A stretch of DNA of 64,000 nucleotides from an uncultured candidate division Zixibacteria bacterium (lineage in GTDB: Bacteria > Zixibacteria > MSB-5A5 > GN15 > FEB-12): the NCBI GenBank assembly GCA_963806185.1, contig CAWDXE010000007.1, positions 160,001 to 224,000 of the forward strand. The letters are read 5' to 3'. The stretch's first letter is position 1; each line of letters starts with the position of its first letter. Shown here piece by piece: positions 48,901 through 57,408 of the stretch. A program made the position numbers and the translations under genes. The notes beneath the pieces were generated by a model. That model ran no database searches, was not told the origin of the DNA, and saw only the letters and a list, made by a program, of their open reading frames with translations.

Positions 48901-50899
48901 TGAACTGGAAGCCTACGACTCCCGGCGTAATACCGCCAACGGGATCGAAGGCGAAGTTCGGAGTAGCAGCGGCAGCGAAATCAAGGTTGCTGCCACTTGA
49001 CGTTACTGAGACGGTCTCACTGAGAGTCAGACTATCGCCGACCAGACCGACGAGGTTGAACGACAGCGGGTCGCCAACCAATACGGGACAGGATGAAACC
49101 ACCAACTTGACCGCAACTTTCTGCGGTGAGTTAGTAGCAGCGGCGACAACGGCAATCGTGTCTTCATAGGTGCCGACAGAAAGGCCCGTGCCGTCGACAT
49201 TGACCGTGACCGTCTTCGGGGTTGTGCCGGCGCCGTCGGTGAGAGTAATCCAGGTCGCGGATTCGCTTGCCGCGTACGCGATAGCCGCGCCGCCCTGTTC
49301 CGAAACATCAAACGTCTTCGGAGCCGCTACAGGACTGGAAACGGTGACCGCAAAGTTGAGATTGAGTGGCGTAACCACGAGTACCTTGGGTCGCGGATTT
49401 ACCATTAAGTGGACTCTCACCCATTTCGGCGAATTGTTCGCCGCGGGCGCCGCCACCTGGATAGAATCCACATACATATTGGGGGCTAGGCCGGCGATAT
49501 CTACGTTCACCGTGACGGTTCCCGGAGTATTGCCGCTTGCATCCAGCAACGAAAACCAAGCGGCGGTTTCAGTCGCATCAAAAGCGATGATCGCTCCGCC
49601 GGCCTCGGTGACTTGGAACGACTTGGCGGCCGGATTTCCGTCACCTTCAGTCGCTTCAAAATTCAGGATAGTCGAATCGACGGCCAGTACTTTCGGCGCC
49701 GCGTTGACGGTCAGATTGACCATCACCCAGATTTCCGGATTCGTGGCGGCACCGGCGACGACGAGGATTGAGTCGTTGTAGACACCGGGAGTCTTGCCGG
49801 TCATGTTGACGTCGACACCGACATCACCCGGAGTCATTCCGCTGGGATTTGTCAAAAGAACCCAGGCGGCATCAGTCGCCGAATTATAGGATATGGCGGC
49901 CCCAAGCTGTTCGGATACGTGGAAAGACTTCGCGTCCGGGTTGCCGCCTTCGGTAACCTCAAAATTCAACACTAACGGACTGACGACCAAGACCTTCGGC
50001 CGGGGAGTCACCGTCAGGATGACCTTCACGTACACCGGTGAATTGGTCGCGTCAAGAGAAGATACCTGAATGGAATCCGTGTACGTACCGGCGGTCAGAC
50101 CCGTAATGTCGGGGTTGACCGTGACGATGCCGGGAGTAGTGCCGTCAGGATTGGTCAAGCTCATCCAGGCGGCGGACTCGGTCGAGGTGTAAGCGATTGG
50201 ATGGGCTGTCTCCTCGCTGACCGTAAAGTTCTTGCTTGCCGGATTGGGATCGTTCTCCTGGGCGCTGAAATTGAGAACGGCGTCGGACACCTGGAGCTTA
50301 AAATTTGACGGCGGCACATAATTCGGGTCATGAATTACGATCTTGCCGGGCCATCTGGGGATGTAGCTGACCGACGGCGGCGCGACGAACTTCAGGATAG
50401 CGCCCGCCGCAAATGCGTTGGTGTCGACCACAATGGAGTCGTTCACCGTCCAGTTGTCGACCACGAAGTTGTAGGTCGCCAGTTTGGTCGGAGTCGCACT
50501 CGCAGGAAGTCCGGCCTCTTCGGTCTGTCGAGCACCGGAGGCCTGGAAATTACGGAAGAGATTTGTTTGGGCGATATTGTTACTGCGATAGAGGTACTTA
50601 ACGAAGTCCCACGCAGCAAGTCCGTCAGCTGTCCAGGCGGCGGACTTCATCCTTACATCCGTTCGGTCCCACTTGAACCCGCAGGAAGCGCTGGCCAATT
50701 TCTGGACATCGTTGGAGAAGTAAATCTCCATCTTAAACGTCGAGTCATCAGCGGCTCCCGCCACAGGTGGGGTCACGACGAAGAAGACCGAGTCCTGACC
50801 ACCCTGATCATTGGGGTCCTGTTGCGCAAAGCCGGGGATAGCCAAGAGCAACAACAGGGACAGGGTCCCGATTACTGTTTTGAAGTTCATCTGAAACAT
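45953..50899 (-). CDS. 1648-aa secreted modular protein: cohesin-like domains, BACON-like Ig repeats, C-terminal FlgD-Ig/T9SS-like sorting domain
   Basis: Signal peptide; about six to seven ~100-aa repeats (LVVSP..LNF.A.EG..NP.AK.F.VSE...AW..L....G.TP..V.V.VD..GL..G.Y.DSI.V); cohesin-like segment; LGQNYPNPFNP...KKMMLLK. Confidence 0.88.
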   Translation of the reverse strand: MFQMNFKTVIGTLSLLLLLAIPGFAQQDPNDQGGQDSVFFVVTPPVAGAADDSTFKMEIYFSNDVQKLASASCGFKWDRTDVRMKSAAWTADGLAAWDFVKYLYRSNNIAQTNLFRNFQASGARQTEEAGLPASATPTKLATYNFVVDNWTVNDSIVVDTNAFAAGAILKFVAPPSVSYIPRWPGKIVIHDPNYVPPSNFKLQVSDAVLNFSAQENDPNPASKNFTVSEETAHPIAYTSTESAAWMSLTNPDGTTPGIVTVNPDITGLTAGTYTDSIQVSSLDATNSPVYVKVILTVTPRPKVLVVSPLVLNFEVTEGGNPDAKSFHVSEQLGAAISYNSATDAAWVLLTNPSGMTPGDVGVDVNMTGKTPGVYNDSILVVAGAATNPEIWVMVNLTVNAAPKVLAVDSTILNFEATEGDGNPAAKSFQVTEAGGAIIAFDATETAAWFSLLDASGNTPGTVTVNVDIAGLAPNMYVDSIQVAAPAANNSPKWVRVHLMVNPRPKVLVVTPLNLNFAVTVSSPVAAPKTFDVSEQGGAAIAYAASESATWITLTDGAGTTPKTVTVNVDGTGLSVGTYEDTIAVVAAATNSPQKVAVKLVVSSCPVLVGDPLSFNLVGLVGDSLTLSETVSVTSSGSNLDFAAAATPNFAFDPVGGITPGVVGFQFKKAYATAGTYTECFTIGTTGELVPADCDPSSVQVCIHVTVNEPPKHLVVSPTSLDFTALLGGPNPEAKPFLVSEQDDAVVAFAVTEGAGWFALNKTSGNTPDSVVVTPDITGLAAGTYTDSVQVTSAAVVNSPQWVKVNLIISECPILALNKTAIYDTIFLGDTYTKADSLLLTSTSPDELSWHAIHDGTFVLSSDNGTTPSVVGLTFTVTPATAGTYQYCVTFATDEPTAKVAQICNSQVSYCVNLLVVKPASADTLVVVNTPAVPGARVVVPINFKNGCDFKSAEFGLHFNPAEFYLDSVSFANSRITFFELQFVTIDNVLGTVTIKAIADDAYLVPTGFGNLADMHFTVRPDASAGEKDFAVMDSVVFGRNCGTGLVYDQPISYPGSINVGFGLQNFTCGTVVDTLGNDIPGATVLLYADWPNGSPIDSTVSTAIGSFAFSDFSAVPFDVYAYKKGYYPGRVENLNFREKGEKIVLKPLKDITFEKSLFWVDYICGTGDNMSTLFGAPIPVGSVVEAYTPEMLLVGQCVVDSVGHYGPLHVYAADDETATNGARTDQAITFYVNGIPATPSVTFPGDHMYPRIEVCVEAGEEVTKTCTLQEGWNLVSWNVNTASDDIKTVLGPYLNCVDVVLGFDQGGMTYDPELEEFSDLWSVDHLHGYWIKVKPGCSVTLELTGTAVPVSTPIPVTKGWNLVSYLPETSMKPADGFASIFDQLLYAYGWDEGIKFYSPNFADSSLTLSPCNGYWVKIDANGTLVYPGDETVATPRYVVQNSNIAAAAGDVATTTAWVNLYATNLKVDGNVVSAGAVITAHSAADGTKVGIFTMTTSGKFGFMPVYADASSALKPGDAFYLSVDGVETQEQFTWTANGDRMEVGALTTAAGAGTLPASFALGQNYPNPFNPSTTISFSLPVAGNAKVEIYNVLGALVAVPFDGMATAGSTTVVWDGKDLNGQSVASGIYLYRLSAGAASETKKMMLLK

Positions 50900-51317
50900 A
50901 CCCTCCAGAAGACTTGGTTAAATACTATGTTTAATATCTTGTATTCTATCATTCGCAACTTGATCAACGAAGCATACCGCTCGCCAAAAACGCGGGGAAA
51001 TGCTCTCAAACGAGTGCAGAGACGAGTGACCTCTCTATTGCAGATGAATGATCTCGGCGAAGGCTTCTATGGCGACGCGAAAAAGGGTTGAGGAGTCCCC
51101 TTCGCCCGGGGTGGCGAAGCTGAGGCAACGAGCGGGACGTAGTGAGGCAAACCCGTGAGGATAGCGTCACTCGACAGACCAATCAGTCCTCCGAACCAAA
51201 CTACGTGAATCTAATTTGTATTACCCAACCAACTCAGTTAGACCATTTGTAAGGGATTGAAAGGGGCCTGTAGTAAGGTAGAAACAGACGCCGTTTTTCC
51301 CCTTAACGACCACTCCA

Positions 51318-51345
51318 AATATACCATCTCGACAGCCAGAGTCAA
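51318..51345 (-). promoter_or_regulatory. sigma70-type promoter upstream of the large secreted protein
   Basis: Minus strand TTGACT-N16-TATATT with extended TG. Confidence 0.45.
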
Positions 51346-51398
51346 GAGATAACCGCTTGCAACATATGAGAAAAATTTGATCAGGTTGATGGAATACG

Positions 51399-51773
51399 TC
51401 AGGCCCCGGTATCCCTTGGCTGTCGTCGTGCAATTGACCACATAATCATTACCACCAAGCCGGCTCCGAGGAGATCGGTGGAGAAGTCCCGGATGTCGGG
51501 TCGGCGACCGGGAATGAAATTCTGGTACAATTCGTCACCAGCCGCAAACAGTGCCAATCCGCCGATAGCCGCCAGGGCCACTGTCTGGGTCGTTCTTAGC
51601 CAGGGGAACCTTATGAAGGATCGAAAGGTGAGTCCCGCAAAAACTGCGTATTCGCAAAAGTGCAGAATTTTGTCGACTGGATACTTGTGCAGAAAGGGAG
51701 TCTTGAGGTTTGGGATCGAAGAAAGGCCAATAACGAGCAACGCATAGAGCATGGGAGGGAGGTGATATCGCAT
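51399..51773 (-). CDS. VanZ family membrane protein
   Basis: LSSIP, DKILHFCEYAVF, DELYQNFIPGRRPDIRDF. Confidence 0.9.
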   Translation of the reverse strand: MRYHLPPMLYALLVIGLSSIPNLKTPFLHKYPVDKILHFCEYAVFAGLTFRSFIRFPWLRTTQTVALAAIGGLALFAAGDELYQNFIPGRRPDIRDFSTDLLGAGLVVMIMWSIARRQPRDTGA

Positions 51774-52165
51774 GAATGGTGTGAGCACGTCAGATCCTTT
51801 CGCAGTCCAGTGGCTTCTCTGAGTAGCAAAACGGAATACATTCGTCAACAAATAACGCAGGTCGCATGCAGGAATGGCCCTCGGGCAGCGCAAGCAGTTG
51901 CACAAAAGTGGCTAAGCCGATCATCCGTTACTACTGCCGCTTTCGACTGGATGGTGGAGACAATGACGGGTCTGAGTGGAGTGGCAAGGGGCGAGGCGTC
52001 GGACGCAGACTGATCTAATCTATTATAAGGTTATTGACCGCGGCATGGGGGACTGTCCCGGCAACCGCTCCATTGGCGCCCCTTCGCGCCGTAGAACGGT
52101 CGTGTGACAGGGGATGCGAGTAGGGCGTGACGGTCGCGAGAGGGGCCAAGCGGGCTAAAAAGACC

Positions 52166-52194
52166 TTGCCATGCTCCTCAAGCGTACCTATGTT
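52166..52194 (+). promoter_or_regulatory. sigma70-type promoter
   Basis: TTGCCA-N17-TATGTT, predicted start near 52201. Confidence 0.5.
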
Positions 52195-52200
52195 TACGCG

Positions 52201-52360
52201 ACCTGTCTATCCCTGTGTCTGGAACGGACTATTCAGCGCCGTAATTATCCCCTCGTTCGCGGAGTAGTTATTGAACGTGGGGTGACGTATTGACGGGAAT
52301 TGTGAAATAAATCGCCGACCCGCCTGCCAGTGTCTGCGCGACAGGTAAGAGCGACACAGG
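52201..52360 (+). ncRNA. candidate structured RNA (leader or small RNA), family unassigned
   Basis: Nested complementary segments ACCTGTC/GACAGGT, CCGTAAT/ATTGACGG, CCCC-T-CGTTC/GAACG-T-GGGG, plus alternative CCTGTGTC/GACACAGG. Confidence 0.35.
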
Positions 52361-52423
52361 TGAAGATCAGAACGCATGCAGGTCGTCGGCACAACGTGTA
52401 GTTCTTGTAGTTATAGGACGGTT

Positions 52424-54736
52424 ATGTCTGGGAGAACCCCAACCTGGGTCTTGCCGGGGATGCTTGTAGGCGTCATTCTCGGCGGACTGCTCGGCTTCTA
52501 CCTACCTGATGTCATGCTCTCGGCGAGCTTTGTAGGTAAGCTGTTTACCAACGCCTTACGTATGCTGGTGATCCCGCTTTTGGTGGGCACCTTGATTGTC
52601 GGAATCGGCCAGATCGCCGACAATCGCCGTCTCGGTCAAATCAGCGGGATGGCACTTGTGTATTACCTTGGTACAACGCTATTGGCGGCCATAGTGGCTG
52701 TCGTCACGGTCAGTCTTCTGTCGCCGGGTGTGGGAGCGAACCTGGTCGGACTGGATTCCATGCCCAATCTTCCGAGCGCCGGCGGTCGATCGCTCACCGG
52801 CATTCTGGGGTCCATTTTTCCGGAGAACATTATCCGCGCCATCATCGAAGGGCAGTATCTCGCGATTGCGGTGTTTGCCGGATTGCTCGGCGTGGCTCTG
52901 ACGTGGCTGGCGTCACGCGGGCGAAGTGTCGTGTCGTTCTTTATGGAAGTCAACGACGCACTTATCCGCCTCGTGTCGTTTGTCATGTATGCAGCCCCGG
53001 TCGGTTTACTGTTTCTGATGGGTGGCGTGGTAGCCAACAGCCGGAGTTCGTTTGGCGAAATGGCCGGCACGCTCGGCATGTACACGCTCACCATAGTGGC
53101 CGTGCTTCTCGTCATCGGCGCAGTGATTTTCCCGCTCATTTTCATTGCGGTCACCAAGCGGAGTCTCGGCTCTTATCTGAACAACATGTCGACAGCCCTG
53201 ACAACGGCGTTTGCGACATCATCGTCTGCCACGGCGTATCCGATCACGTACGACGCTGTAATCGATACCAATCGCGTCGACAGCAAGGTGGCCTCAGTGG
53301 TCCTGCCGATGGGTCTTGGTTTGAACATGGCGGCGACGGCGGCCTATCTGGTCGTGGCGACCGTGTTTGCCGCACAGGCGTTCGGGGTCGACCTTCCGTG
53401 GCCCAATCTCATCTTATTGGTTTTGACGTCGTGCGTTGTCTCACTGGGAACGCCCGGGATGCCGTCAGCAGGGTTTCTCCTTTTGACGACTACGTTTACC
53501 ATTGCGGGACTGCCGCCCCAGGCGCTGGTGGCGACCGGGATGATTTTTGCCGTTGACTGGCTTGTCGACCGTCTGCGAAGTACAGTCAATGTCTGCGGCG
53601 ATGCAACGGCCGCGGCCGTTGTCGCCGATGGGGTTGAAGAAATGCGCTCGACCAGCCGCTCTACGATCGGGCGATCCCAGGCCGGCCGCGAAAGAACAGG
53701 TCGTCCTGCGGAGAGCAGAGATTCCAGAGAGGATCGATTTGCCGCCCGTCGCGGCGGCCGATTCGGCCGACCCGATCAACGGCCGGGCCGTGACCGGGTG
53801 GAACGACCGGACAGATCCGAACGTCCGGAGCGGGCCGAACGTCCGGAGCGAGGTGATCGGGGAGATCGTCCGGAACGCGGGGATCGCGGCGATCGGCGTC
53901 CTGGAAGTCGGCCTCGGTTTGACGAACGACCGCGCGACCGTCAGGAACGGACCCGACCCTCGCCGTTCGAAATGCCGGCGTCGACTATGCCGGCGCTCGA
54001 CGAACAGCCATCGGCTCCGGAAATCAGCAAACCGGACCGTCCCGAACCAGTAGATCGTCCCGCCATGTCCGAGCGCTCTGAACCGAGAAATGTCCCGGAG
54101 AGGGGCGAAAGCAAAGAACGTCCCGATCGCAGTGACCGGCCGGAGCGTCCTGAACGGCCGGAAAGGTCCGACCGGGAACCGCGTCGCGATAGATATGACC
54201 GCCGCGGCCGCGGGCGATTCGGAGACCGAGATCGCGGTGGGCGCCCCGACGGAACCGAAGGAGGCGGACCGCGACCACCCCGTGCTCCATATGTAAGGGA
54301 ATCATCAGGTGCAACAGCGCCAGGCGAAATGGAAGATCCGAGCATCGAGGTGAAGCCCGAATCCTTCGAGCCGGCCGAGTCGCCACGTGCCTCCGAGCCA
54401 GCCCCGTTGGCCGAGACACTACGTCCGATTCGGCCGACCGAGCCGACGGAAACGGCAGTGCCGACTCCTCCGCAGAGCCGGCGTCCGTTTGAGCGCTCCG
54501 AACCGGCACGCACGAGTGAACAGGAGGGGGCCAGAGAGTCGACGTCGAACGAGAGCACCCAACAAGAAGGTTCACAGGAGTGGGGGCGCGGTGTGAAACG
54601 GAGGGGTAGAATGGTGGGTGGAGAACACTCCGCTGAAGAGACTCCTGCTACCCCAACGCCTGAACCGACATCCAGTTTTTCCGCGGAGAATATCGAATTT
54701 GGAGGGCGGGGGCGGAAACGCAAACCAATTGTCTGA
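52424..54736 (+). CDS. dicarboxylate/amino acid:cation symporter (SDF/DAACS) with long low-complexity C-terminal tail
   Basis: GKLFTNALRMLVIPL, FPENI, AFATSSS, SLGTPGMP, VDWLVDRLRSTVNVCGDA; ~365-aa R/E/D/P-rich tail. Confidence 0.9.
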   Translation: MSGRTPTWVLPGMLVGVILGGLLGFYLPDVMLSASFVGKLFTNALRMLVIPLLVGTLIVGIGQIADNRRLGQISGMALVYYLGTTLLAAIVAVVTVSLLSPGVGANLVGLDSMPNLPSAGGRSLTGILGSIFPENIIRAIIEGQYLAIAVFAGLLGVALTWLASRGRSVVSFFMEVNDALIRLVSFVMYAAPVGLLFLMGGVVANSRSSFGEMAGTLGMYTLTIVAVLLVIGAVIFPLIFIAVTKRSLGSYLNNMSTALTTAFATSSSATAYPITYDAVIDTNRVDSKVASVVLPMGLGLNMAATAAYLVVATVFAAQAFGVDLPWPNLILLVLTSCVVSLGTPGMPSAGFLLLTTTFTIAGLPPQALVATGMIFAVDWLVDRLRSTVNVCGDATAAAVVADGVEEMRSTSRSTIGRSQAGRERTGRPAESRDSREDRFAARRGGRFGRPDQRPGRDRVERPDRSERPERAERPERGDRGDRPERGDRGDRRPGSRPRFDERPRDRQERTRPSPFEMPASTMPALDEQPSAPEISKPDRPEPVDRPAMSERSEPRNVPERGESKERPDRSDRPERPERPERSDREPRRDRYDRRGRGRFGDRDRGGRPDGTEGGGPRPPRAPYVRESSGATAPGEMEDPSIEVKPESFEPAESPRASEPAPLAETLRPIRPTEPTETAVPTPPQSRRPFERSEPARTSEQEGARESTSNESTQQEGSQEWGRGVKRRGRMVGGEHSAEETPATPTPEPTSSFSAENIEFGGRGRKRKPIV
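53795..54190 (+). repeat. coding tandem repeats (ERP/DRP/ERGDR tripeptide-like units)
   Basis: ERPDRSERPERAERPERGDRGDRPERGDRGDRRP and ERPDRSDRPERPERPERSDR. Confidence 0.75.
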
Positions 54737-54764
54737 TCGCTTTGGCTAACTAGTTATCGGACAT

Positions 54765-54799
54765 AAGGCCCGAACCGCCATACTGGCAGTTTGGGCCTT
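54765..54799 (+). terminator. stem-loop, probable terminator
   Basis: AAGGCCCGAAC-C-GCCA/TGGC-A-GTTTGGGCCTT. Confidence 0.6.
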
Positions 54800-54908
54800 C
54801 CGATTTTGCGGAACTTTGAGAACTGAGTTTCGCTATATCTGGTGGAGAAAGTAGTTGACCGGCATCGTGCCGGTCGGTTAACTGATCCCAGGAGCTACGA
54901 GAGAGAAT

Positions 54909-55778
54909 ATGAATAGTGTAAAAGTTGCCCTATTGATGGCTGTGCTGCTGATCCTGTTCATGTGGGTCGGCGGTATCGTCGGGGGGCGTAACGGCATGAT
55001 CTTGGCGTTCGCGATGGCGACTCTGATCAATGTCGGAACGTACTGGTTTTCGGATAAGATTGTTTTGAAGATGTACGGCGCGCGCGAAGTGACCGAGGCT
55101 GATCATCCGAGACTTGTTCGCATTGTCAAACGGGTGACCACGGCGTCATTGATGCCGATGCCAAGAGTGTATATTGTGCCGAGCAAGGCGCCGAACGCTT
55201 TTGCGACGGGACGTAATGCCGAAAATGCCGCGGTGGCGGCGACGGAAGGCATTTTGGAGTTGCTCGATGACAGTGAACTCGAAGGCGTGATTGGCCATGA
55301 AGTCGCCCATATACAGAATAAGGACATGCTGATCGGGACGATCGCGGCAACTTTTGCCGGGGCCATCGGCATGTTGGCGAGTTTTGCCAGATGGGGCGCA
55401 ATCTTCGGTGGAGTGAGCCGTGATGGAGAGCGCGGGAGTAATCCGATTGCGCTGCTGGTTGCGGCGATTGTGGCGCCTTTGGCGGCGATGCTGATTCAAA
55501 CGGCCATCTCGCGTCAGCGTGAGTACAAGGCGGATGCCGAGGGTGCCCGTATCACGGGTAAGTATCTGCCTTTGGCGTCAGCGTTGCAGAAGCTGCACGC
55601 GTCACCCAAACGCGCTCTGCTGGGTGAACATAAGTCTACGGCCAATCTGATGATCGCGAATCCGCTTTCCGGAAGCGGGATCATGCATCTGTTTTCGACG
55701 CACCCGCCGGTTGAAGAGCGCGTTAAGCGGCTTCAGGAGCTGGCGATGAATCCGCCGGCGACGGTCTACCCGGGTTGA
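54909..55778 (+). CDS. htpX: zinc metalloprotease HtpX
   Basis: PNAFATGR, HEVAH (HExxH), SRQREYKAD, FSTHPP. Confidence 0.96.
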   Translation: MNSVKVALLMAVLLILFMWVGGIVGGRNGMILAFAMATLINVGTYWFSDKIVLKMYGAREVTEADHPRLVRIVKRVTTASLMPMPRVYIVPSKAPNAFATGRNAENAAVAATEGILELLDDSELEGVIGHEVAHIQNKDMLIGTIAATFAGAIGMLASFARWGAIFGGVSRDGERGSNPIALLVAAIVAPLAAMLIQTAISRQREYKADAEGARITGKYLPLASALQKLHASPKRALLGEHKSTANLMIANPLSGSGIMHLFSTHPPVEERVKRLQELAMNPPATVYPG

Positions 55779-55833
55779 TGCTTCGGTATGTCACCCGATA
55801 ATCCTTCAAGTAGCACCGGGGCGGTCTGCCTGT

Positions 55834-57153
55834 ATGGATGACCGCCTCTGGATAGAGATCGGTGCAATTTGTGTGCTCGTGTTAGCGAACGCATTCTTCG
55901 CGCTGGCCGAGTTCTCGATCATTGCCAGCCGAAAGAGCAAACTTCAGCAGGAAATTCAGGATCGCAAATCCGGGGCCCTGGCTGCCGCGCGCCTGCATGG
56001 TAATCCCGAGAGTTTTCTCGCGACTATTCAGGTGGGTATTACGCTGGTCGGCGCCCTGCTGGGGGTTTTCAGCGGTGCGACACTGGTCACACGGCTGGAG
56101 CAGATCATCAGAGCGGTGCCCTTATCCGGCATTGCCGAGTACGCCACGCCAATCGCTTTTGGTCTCGTCGTGTTTGTGTTGACTATCCTGAGCGTAGTCA
56201 TTGGCGAGCTCCTCCCGAAGTACATTGCCCTGTCGCATCCGGAGCGCTTCGCGCGCCTGATCGCTCCCCCGATTACGCTGTTCCTGAGAGTTACCGCGGT
56301 GTTTGCACGATTTCTCGGTTATCTGGCGCGGCTGATTGCCGGGCTGTTGGGCGTGCGGCGCGACGCCTCTCAGAACGCGATCACCGAGGATGAAATCAAT
56401 CACATGATCATCGAGGGAATGGAGAAGGGAATCTTCGACGAGACCGAGCAGGAATTAATTCGGTCGGCCTTTTCATTTTCCGACTCGACTGTCCGTCGCG
56501 CGATGCGTCCGCGCACCGATGTCGTGGCGATCGACGTGAATGCAACGCCGGAGCAGGTTCAGAAGATCATCTTCGACAGCAACTACAGTCGCTATCCCGT
56601 GTACGAACGCACGATCGATAATATCGTCGGTGTACTCTATGTGAAAGATCTGATTAGCCGGGCGATCGACTTGAACTCCATTTCCCTTCGAGATTTCCTT
56701 CGCAAACCGCTTTTTGTTCCTGAGTCGATGGAATTGTCCCGCTTGCTGACTGAACTCAAGAAGGGTTCGACCCACCTTGCCATTATCCTGGATGAGTTCG
56801 GCGGCACGGCCGGGATCGCCACGATTGAAGATGTGCTCGAGGAGATAGTCGGCGAAATCCAGGACGAATACGATGCGGAGCTGCCTCCGGTGGTGAAGCA
56901 TTCGGACACGATCGCGTACGTCGACGGGGCGGTCTGGCCCGGCGAAATTAACGAATTGCTCGGAGTGCATCTTCCGGAAGAGACAGCTGACACCATAGCG
57001 GGGCTGTTTATCGAGGAGGTCGGTCATCTGCCGGATCGATACGAATCAGCTCGCATTGCCGACGTGAAGTTGACGATTCTCGCGAAAGACCGTAATCGGG
57101 TCCTGCGGATGAAGATTGAAAAGGTGGTTGCGGGAGCAGCCTCCGCCGAGTAG
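55834..57153 (+). CDS. hemolysin family (DUF21-CBS-CorC) protein
   Basis: NAFFALAEFS, FLATIQVGIT, GELLPK, YSRYPV, DEFGGTAGIATIEDVLEEIVGEIQDEYD. Confidence 0.93.
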   Translation: MDDRLWIEIGAICVLVLANAFFALAEFSIIASRKSKLQQEIQDRKSGALAAARLHGNPESFLATIQVGITLVGALLGVFSGATLVTRLEQIIRAVPLSGIAEYATPIAFGLVVFVLTILSVVIGELLPKYIALSHPERFARLIAPPITLFLRVTAVFARFLGYLARLIAGLLGVRRDASQNAITEDEINHMIIEGMEKGIFDETEQELIRSAFSFSDSTVRRAMRPRTDVVAIDVNATPEQVQKIIFDSNYSRYPVYERTIDNIVGVLYVKDLISRAIDLNSISLRDFLRKPLFVPESMELSRLLTELKKGSTHLAIILDEFGGTAGIATIEDVLEEIVGEIQDEYDAELPPVVKHSDTIAYVDGAVWPGEINELLGVHLPEETADTIAGLFIEEVGHLPDRYESARIADVKLTILAKDRNRVLRMKIEKVVAGAASAE

Positions 57154-57408
57154 TCCTGGCGCTCAAGGACGACAGGGCGCAGGCCCGCATTTGAAGAAGT
57201 AATCTGCAAGACAGAGCAAATCAACGAGGCTCGCCTCACCGTCGCAATTGGGATCGCCGGCCTCCAGCAGCTCCGGTTTGATCTGACAGCCTAAATACTA
57301 ATCGTTCAACTCGACCAGGTCGTGCAAGTCCAGACCGACGTCACTGTCGGCATCACCGCAGATCGAATTGTGATTGTGCCCCAGCCACTTAGATGGTACA
57401 TTCCAACG

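Noticed and set aside
51120..51170. c-di-GMP-I riboswitch (GGCAAA and GGGACG words)
   Set aside because: The words are in the wrong order and on the strand opposite the downstream gene
52280..52335. Cobalamin riboswitch or second Rex box (GGGAATTGTGAAATAAATC)
   Set aside because: Only a Rex half-site; B12-box and GCCACTG elements are missing
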